Source of the DNA: Podarcis vaucheri | Taxonomy: Eukaryota | Direction: 5' to 3' (one strand) | Assembly: GCA_965113315.1 (NCBI GenBank) | Contig: OZ220363.1 | Length of the DNA: 64,000 nt | The notes under the pieces: generated by a model | Told to the model about the DNA's origin: nothing | Databases searched by the model: none | What the model saw: the letters and a program-made list of their open reading frames with translations, nothing else | Shown here: one piece after another, positions 53,501 through 62,500 of the stretch | Layout: each line of letters begins with the position of its first letter | How positions within the stretch are numbered: position 1 is the stretch's first letter | Made by a program: the position numbers and the translations under genes

Positions 53501-56500
53501 CAGTATTAACCAAGGATGCTGCATGTTAGTATGATTTCTATACTTTGGGGGGGGGGATCCCTTTATAGCATGATTATCTATAAGGATTCCAAGCAAATAA
53601 AATGTGTTGCCTTTTTTCATTATTTATAGATCCACCGGGACCTCCTTCCAACCCACGAGTAACTGATACAACAAAGACAACTGCTAGCCTAGCATGGGGT
53701 AAACCTCACTATGATGGCGGACTTGATATAATCGGCTATATTGTGGAGCACCAAAAAGAAGGAGAAGACACATGGGTGAAAGATACCACGGGGACTGCTC
53801 TAAGAATCACAGAATTTGTGGTTGCTAATCTCCAGCCAGGAGCCAAATACAATTTTAGAATTATTGCCCTCAATGCTGCTGGCGCTGGTGAACCAGCAAC
53901 GATAAAAGATGTTGAAATCAGGGAACGTGAAGTAGCTCCTGATTTTGAATTAGACGCCGAGCTGAGGAAAACTCTTGTTGTTAGAGCTGGACTGACCATT
54001 CGGGTATTTGTTCCAATTAAAGGGCGCCCAGTTCCTGAAATCACATGGACCAAGGATGATATTTCACTTAAAGGACGTGCCAGTATTGAAAATACAGACT
54101 CTTTCACACTTCTCATTGTCACAGAATGCAATAGATATGATGCAGGAAAGTATGTCATGACCCTTGAAAATGCTGCTGGCAAGAAGACTGGTTTTGTAAA
54201 TGTAAAAGTCTTGGATACACCAGGGCCACCAATAAATCTCAAGCCCAGAGACATATCTAAAGATACCATCACCCTACAATGGGATATGCCTCTAATTGAT
54301 GGTGGTTCACGCATAACAAATTATATAGTTGAAAAACGTGAGTCAACACGAAAGGCATATTCAACCATCACAACAAAGTGCCCAAAATGTTCACTTAGGA
54401 TTCCTAATTTGGCTGAAGGGTGTGAATATTACTTCAGAGTATTTGCTGAAAACGAATTTGGAATTGGTGAACCTGCCGAAACTGCTGAACCTGTAAGAGC
54501 GTCAGAGGCACCATCACCACCAGAGAGCCTTAATATCATGGATATCACAAGGAAGACAGTCAGCCTTGCTTGGCCAAAGCCCGAACATGATGGTGGTAGC
54601 AAGATTACTGGCTATGTTATTGAAGCCCAGAAAAAAGGTTCAACACAGTGGACACATATCACAACTGTGAAAACATTAGAATGTGTGGTAAAGAATCTGA
54701 CTGAAAATGAAGAATATACTTTCCAGGTTATGGCAGTTAATAGTGCTGGAAGAAGTGATCCAAGAGAAAGCAGACCAGTTGTCGTTAAAGAGCAAATGAT
54801 GCTTCCAGAATTTGATTTGCGTGGCCTTTACCAGAAAACAGTAATTGCCAGAGCTGGTGACAATATCAAAGTTGAAATACCTGTGCTTGGTCGCCCAAGG
54901 CCAACTATTACTTGGAAAAAAGAAGACCAGTTAATTAAACAAACTCAAAGAGTAAACTTTGAACATACTGCTTCTGCAGCCATCTTGACCATTAATGAAT
55001 GCACTAGAAACGATAGCGGCAGATACCCAATCTCAGCTAAAAATATTGTTGGTGAAGTTAGCGATGTTATAACTATACAGGTGCATGACGTTCCTGGACC
55101 TCCCACAGGGCCAATCAAATTTGAAGAAGTTTCATCCGACTATGTCACCTTCTCATGGGAACCTCCACTGAATGATGGAGGGGTACCAATAAGTAACTAT
55201 GTTGTAGAAATGCGTAAAACCGACAGTACTGCATGGGCTGAGTTAGCAACTACTGTTATACGTACTACTTTTAAAGCTGCTCGCCTCACTACTGGGACAG
55301 AGTACCAATTCCGTGTTAAAGCTCAGAACAGATATGGTTCAGGACCATCTATCAGTTCAGAGAATGTAATTGCTAACTATCCTTTTAAAGTTCCTGGTCC
55401 TCCAGGCACTCCTCAAGTGATTGCAGTCACAAAAGATGCAATTAGCATTAGCTGGCATGAGCCTTTGACAGATGGAGGAAGCCCCATTTTGGGATATCAC
55501 ATTGAGCAAAAAGAACGAAATAGCATTCTTTGGCAGACTGTAAGTAAAGCTTTGATATCAGTAAATACCTTCAAATCAAGTGGTCTTACATCTGGCCTTG
55601 CCTATGAATTCCGAGTCATAGCAGAAAATATGGCAGGCAAGAGTAAACCAAGCAAGCCATCTGAGCCAGCATTGGCCCTGGACCCTATTGATCCTCCTGG
55701 GAAGCCAGTTCCTCTCAATATTACAAGACATGCAGTAGCACTTAAGTGGAAAAAACCTGAATATAATGGAGGCTTTAAGATAACTGGCTATACTGTTGAA
55801 AAAAGAGATCTTCCTAATGGCCGGTGGCTAAAGGCTAACTTCGGCAATATACTAGAAACTGAGTTCACTGTTAGTGGTCTCACAGAAGATGCTGCTTATG
55901 AATTCCGTGTGATTGCTAGAAATGCGGCTGGTGCTGTTAGCCACCCATCCGAACCATCAGATGCAATAACGTGCAGAGATGAGATTGAAGCACCAAGGAT
56001 CATGGTTGATGCTAAATACAAAGACACTTTGATATTAAAAGCAGGTGAAATTTTCAAACTTGAAGCTGATGTTTCAGGTCGCCCTCCACCAACTCTGACA
56101 TGGACGAAAGAAGGAAAGGAGCTTGAAGACACGGCAAAATTAGAAATTAAAATAGCTGATTTCTCAACTGTTCTTCATAATAAGGACTCTATAAGAAGAG
56201 ATGGAGGTGCCTACACACTTACAGCCTCCAACCCAGGTGGCTTTGCAAAACATATTTTCAATGTCAAAGTACTAGACAGACCTGGTCCTCCAGAAGGGCC
56301 TTTGGCTGTGTCTGATGTTACCATAGAAAAATGTGTCCTGTCATGGTTGCCACCTTTGGATGATGGAGGCGCAAGTATTGACCATTATGTTGTTGAGAAA
56401 CGTGAGACTAGCAGATTGGCATGGACAACTGTAGCCACAGAAGTTCCAGTAACAAAATTAAAGGTCACAAAGCTATTGAAAGGCAATGAATATATCTTCC

Positions 56501-59500
56501 GCGTTATGGCTGTTAACAAATATGGCCTTGGCGAAGCCCTGGAATCAGAGCCTGTTCTTGCAGTAAATCCTTATGTAGTACCCGATCCACCGAAGACACC
56601 TGAAGTTACAGCTGCAACCAAAGATTCTATGATTGTGTGCTGGGGACACCCTGATTCTGATGGTGGAAGCCCTATAATCAATTATATTGTAGAACGTCGT
56701 GACAGGGCTGGACTACGCTGGGTGAAATGTAACAAGCGGGTTGTCACAGATTTGCGCTATAAAGTATCTGGACTCACAGAAGGTCATGAATATGAATACC
56801 GAGTGAAAGCTGAAAACGCTGCTGGTGTAAGTGAACCAAGTCTAAGCAGTCCATTCTACAAAGCTGCTGATACTGTATTTAAGCCAGGTCCACCAGGTAA
56901 CCCACGTGTATTAGACACAAGCAAGTCCTCAATTACAATTGCTTGGAATAAGCCAATATATGATGGTGGCTCAGAAATCACAGGCTACATGGTTGAAACA
57001 GCGTTACCTGACGAAGATGAGTGGAAAATTGTAACTCCACCAGCAGGGCTGAAGGCGACTTCCTTTACCATCACTAATCTCAAAGAAAACCAGGAATATA
57101 AAATCAGAATATATGCTATGAACTCTGAAGGCATTGGAGAACCTGCTCTTGTTCCTGGGACACCAAAAGCTGAAGAAAGGGTACTGCCTCCTGAGATTGA
57201 ACTTGATGCAGACCTACGTAAAGTTGTGACCCTCAGAGCTTGCTGTACTTTAAGACTCTTCGTCCCAATTAAAGGAAGACCAGCGCCTGAAGTGAAATGG
57301 TCAAGAGAACATGGAGAGTCTTTAGACAAAGCCACTATTGAATCCACAAGCTCTTATACACTACTTACAGTTGGAAATGTGAATAGATTTGACAGTGGCA
57401 AATATATACTGACTGTAGAAAACAGCTCAGGCAGTAAATCAGCATTTGTAATTGTAAGGGTTCTTGATACACCTGGCGCCCCACAGAATCTGAAGATAAA
57501 AGAGGTTACAAAGTCATCTGTGACTCTCACGTGGGAACCTCCCCTCATAGATGGTGGCTCTAAAATTAAAAATTATATTATTGAAAAACGTGAGGCAACA
57601 AGAAAAGCATATTCAACAGTTATGGCCAATTGCCATAAGACCAGCTGGAAAGTGGACAATCTACAGGAAGGTTGCAACTATTATTTCAGAGTTCTAGCTG
57701 AAAATGAATATGGAATAGGGCTTCCTGTTGAAACATCAGACTCTATTAAGGCATCTGAAAGGCCTCTTCCTCCAGGAAAAATAACTATATTAGATGTGAC
57801 ACGAAAGAGTGTATCTTTGTCTTGGGAGAAACCTGAACATGATGGAGGAAGCAGAATTTTGGGCTACATTGTAGAAATGCAAAGCAAAGGCAGTGAGAAA
57901 TGGGCCACATGCACTACCGTAAAAGTTACTGAAGCTGTTATAACTGGACTGATCCAGGGTGAAGAATATTCTTTCCGTGTTTCAGCTCAGAATGAAAAAG
58001 GAATCAGTGATCCTCGACAATTGAGTGTACCAGTTATTGCGAAAGATCTTGTGATACCACCAGCCTTCAAACTGTTATTCACTACCTTCAGTGTACTAGC
58101 AGGTGAAGACTTAAAGGTTGATGTTCCATTTGTTGGTCGACCCAAGCCATCTGTAACGTGGCTCAAAGATGATGTGCCACTAAGACAAACTACTAGAGTA
58201 AACGAAGAAAATACAGACAACAACACTTTGCTAACAATAAAAGAAGCATGTAGAGAAGATGTTGGGCAATATTTAGTAAAACTTTCTAACTCTGCTGGGG
58301 AAGCTACTGAAATTCTTAACATTGTTGTCCTTGACAAGCCAGGACCTCCAACTGGACCAGTGAAGATTGAAGACGTAACTGCAGACAATATTACCATTTC
58401 CTGGGGACCACCCAAATATGATGGTGGCAGTTCTATCAACAATTATATTGTGGAAAAACGAGACACCTCCACTACTGCTTGGCAGATTGTTTCAGCTACC
58501 GTTGCCCGAACAACTCTAAAAGCAGCTAGATTAAAGACTGGAAGTGAATATCAATTCAGAATTGCTGCTGAAAACAGATATGGAAAGAGTACATATCTCA
58601 CATCAGAGTCTGTGGTAGCCCAGTATCCATACAAACTACCTGGGCCTCCTGGAACTCCTTTTGTACCAAAAGTCTCCAGGGATAGTATGGTTGTACACTG
58701 GAATGAACCAGTCAATGATGGTGGCAGCAAGATTATTGGTTATCATTTGGAGCGCAAGGAAAGAAACAGCATACTCTGGGTTAAATTGAACAAAGCGGCA
58801 ATTCCTGACACTAACTTTAAAACAACTGGACTTGAGGAAGGCCTTGAATATGAATTCAGAGTTTATGCAGAAAATATAGTTGGTATCGGAAAAGCAAGTA
58901 AAGGTTCAGAATGCTACAAAGCTTATGATCCTTGTGATCCTCCTGGTCGTCCAGAGCCTATCATCGTCACAAGGAACTCTGTTACTCTTCAGTGGAAGAA
59001 ACCAGCATATGATGGCGGAAGCAAGATCACCGGCTACATAGTTGAGAAGAAGGAGCTACCTGAAGGCCGCTGGATGAAAGCAAGCTTTACGAATGTTATT
59101 GAGACCCAGTTTGCAGTAACTGGCCTAGTTGAAGATCAAAGGTATGAGTTCCGTGTCATTGCGCGCAACGCTGCAGGCGTTTTCAGTGAGCCATCTGAAA
59201 GCTCGGGGGCAGTCACAGCAAGAGATGAAGTAGAGCCGCCTCGCATAAGTATGGACCCCAAATTTAAAGAAACCCTTGTACTGCACGCTGGCGAATCGTT
59301 CAAGATTGACGCAGACGTTCACGGTAAGCCGCTGCCTTCTATTCAGTGGCTAAAAGGCGACAAGGAACTTGTGAATACTGCACGCTTGGATATAAAAACC
59401 ACAGACTTTGCCACAAGCCTAAGCGTCAAAGAAGCCATTCGCGTTGACAGTGGGCATTATGTATTGCTGGCCAAGAATGCTGCAGGTGAAAAGACAGCTT

Positions 59501-62500
59501 CCGTTCACGTTAAGGTTCTTGACAAACCTGGCCCACCTGAAGGTCCGGTTGTTGTAACAGGAGTTACTGCTGAAAAGTGTTACCTGGCATGGAAACCCCC
59601 ATTGCAAGATGGTGGTAGTGACATTTCACATTATGTAATTGAAAGAAGAGAAACAAGCCGCTTAGTCTGGACTTTAGTTGATGGCAATGTACAAACCCTT
59701 AGTTACAAAGTTACTAAGCTTTTGGAAGGCAACGAATATATCTTCCGCATCATGGCTGTAAACAAATATGGGGTTGGGGAGCCTCTTGAATCTGAGCCTG
59801 TAATGGCTAAAAATCCATTTGTAGTGCCACTTCCACCCAAAGCCCCAGAGGTCTCGGCTGTTACCAAGGATTCTATGATTGTCGTATGGGAAAGACCACC
59901 CTCTGATGGCGGCAGTGAAATTTTGGGTTATGTGCTAGAAAAACGTGATAAAGAAGGCATTCGGTGGACAAGATGTAACAAGCGTTTGATAAGTGAACTT
60001 CGATACAGAGTTACTGGACTTATAGAAAATCATAATTATGAATACAGAGTCTCGGCTGAAAATGCAGCTGGCCTTAGTGAGCCAAGTCTACCTTCTGTTT
60101 ATCATAAGGCTTGTGACCCTATATACAAACCAGGCCCTCCCAACAACCCTAAAGCAATAGATGTTACAAGATCTTCGGTTTTTCTCTCCTGGAGTAAGCC
60201 AATCTATGATGGTGGCTCAGAAATCCAAGGATACATTGTTGAAAAATGTGATGTGAGTGTTGGGGACTGGGCAATTTGTACACCACCAACTGGAATTAAG
60301 AAAACAAATATGGAAGTAGAAAAATTGCAGGAGAAGCATGAATATAAATTCCGCATCTGTGCTGTTAACAAAGCAGGAGTAGGAGAGCATGCCGATGTTC
60401 CTGGAACTATTGTGGTTGAAGAAAAGCTGGAAGCTCCAGACCTTGATCTTGACTTGGAACTGAGGAAGGTTATCAATGTAAGAGCTGGTGGCTCCTTAAG
60501 ATTATTTGTTCCAATCAGAGGACGCCCAACACCCGAAGTAAAATGGAGCAAGGTGGATGGTGACATCAGAGAGGCAGCTGTTATTGACAGCACTAGCAGC
60601 TTTACCTCGCTGGTTCTCGACAACGTTAACAGATTTGATTCTGGAAAATACACTCTTACTTTAGAAAACAGTGGTGGAACTAAGTCTGCCTTCGTCAGTG
60701 TAAGAGTCCTAGATACCCCAGGCCCCCCAGTGAACCTGAAAATTAAGGAAATCACCAAAGACTCAGTATCACTTGCCTGGGAGCCTCCTTCGATAGACGG
60801 TGGAGCTAAAATTAAAAATTATATAATAGAAAAACGTGAAGCCACAAGGAAAGCCTATGCTGCTGTTGTAACAAACTGCCACAAGACATCATGGAAAGTG
60901 GCTCAACTTCAGGAGGGCTGCTATTATTACTTCAGAGTTTGTGCAGAGAATGAATTTGGAATTGGCCTGCCTGCAGAAACAAGTGACCCAGTTAAAGTTG
61001 CTGAAGTTCCTCAACCTCCAGGAAAGATAACAGTGGACGATGTGACAAGAAACAGCGTTTCATTAAGCTGGGCTAAGCCTGAACATGATGGCGGAAGCAA
61101 AATTTTGCAATACATAGTGGAAATGCAAGTTAAGGGCAGCGAAAAATGGTCAGAATGTACGCGTGTGAAAGTTCTTGAAGCACTTGTTACTAACTTATCT
61201 CAAGGACAAGATTATCTCTTCAGGGTAATGGCTGTAAATGAAAAGGGTAGGAGTGATCCACGGTCCCTTGCTGTTCCAATAACAGCCAAAGATTTAGTTA
61301 TTGAACCAGATGTACGACCAGCATTCCACAGTTACAGTATACAAGTGGGACAAGACCTAAAGGTGGAAATACCAATATCTGGTCGACCTACACCTACTAT
61401 TACTTGGACCAAAGATGGCATGCCATTAAAACAGACAACTAGAGTTAATGTCATCGATTCACCTAAACTTACTGTGCTGAGTATTAAAGAGGTCACCAAA
61501 GAAGACAGTGGGGCGTATGAAATTGCAGTTGCTAATGTTGTTGGACAGAAATCTGCAGCTGTTGAAATTATAACACTAGACAAGCCTGATCCTCCAAAAG
61601 GTCCTGTTAAATATGATGAAATTAGTGCTGAAAGTATTACATTATCATGGAACCCTCCAGTATACACAGGTGGCTGCCAAATCACTAACTACATTGTTCA
61701 TAAGAGAGATACAACCACCACCGTATGGGAAACAGTTTCAGCCACCGTTGCAAGAACCACTCTCAAGGTGATGAAGCTCAAAACTGGATCAGAATATCAG
61801 TTTAGAATATTTGCTGAAAATAGATATGGGCAGAGCTTTGCCCTGGAGTCTGACACAGTTGTTGCTCAGTATCCCTATAAAGAACCAGGTCCTCCTGGCA
61901 CACCATTTGTGACAACCGTTACAAAGGACTCTATGGTTGTGCAATGGCATGAACCAGTAAATGATGGTGGAAGTAAAATTTTAGGTTATCATCTTGAAAG
62001 AAAGGAAAGAAACAGCATTTTGTGGACAAAGGTAAACAAGACAGTTATTCAAGACACACATTACAAAACATCTAACCTTGAAGAAGGCATTGAATATGAA
62101 TTTAGAGTAGCTGCAGAAAATATTGTTGGTGTTGGCAAAGCAAGCAAAGCTTCTGAGTGTTACGTAGCGCGTGACCCTTGTGATCCTCCAGGATGCCCTG
62201 AAGCTATTATTGTTAAAAGAAGTTCAATTACTCTGCAATGGACAAAGCCAGAATATGATGGTGGCAGCAAAATTACAGGCTACGTAGTAGAGAAACGTGA
62301 TTTGCCTGAAGGTCGTTGGATGAAAGCAAGTTTCACCAATATAACTGAAACTCAGTTTACCGTAACAGGCCTTACTGAAGACCAACGATATGAATTTAGA
62401 GTCATTGCAAGGAACGCCGCTGGAGCAGTAAGCAAGCCATCTGATAGTACAGGACCGATAACAGCAAAAGATGAAGTTGAGCTTCCAAGAATATCCATGG

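Noticed and set aside
53547-53556. G10 run in the intron before the giant exon
   Set aside because: Could be an hnRNP H-type G-run, but a single homopolymer is uninformative and prone to sequencing error.
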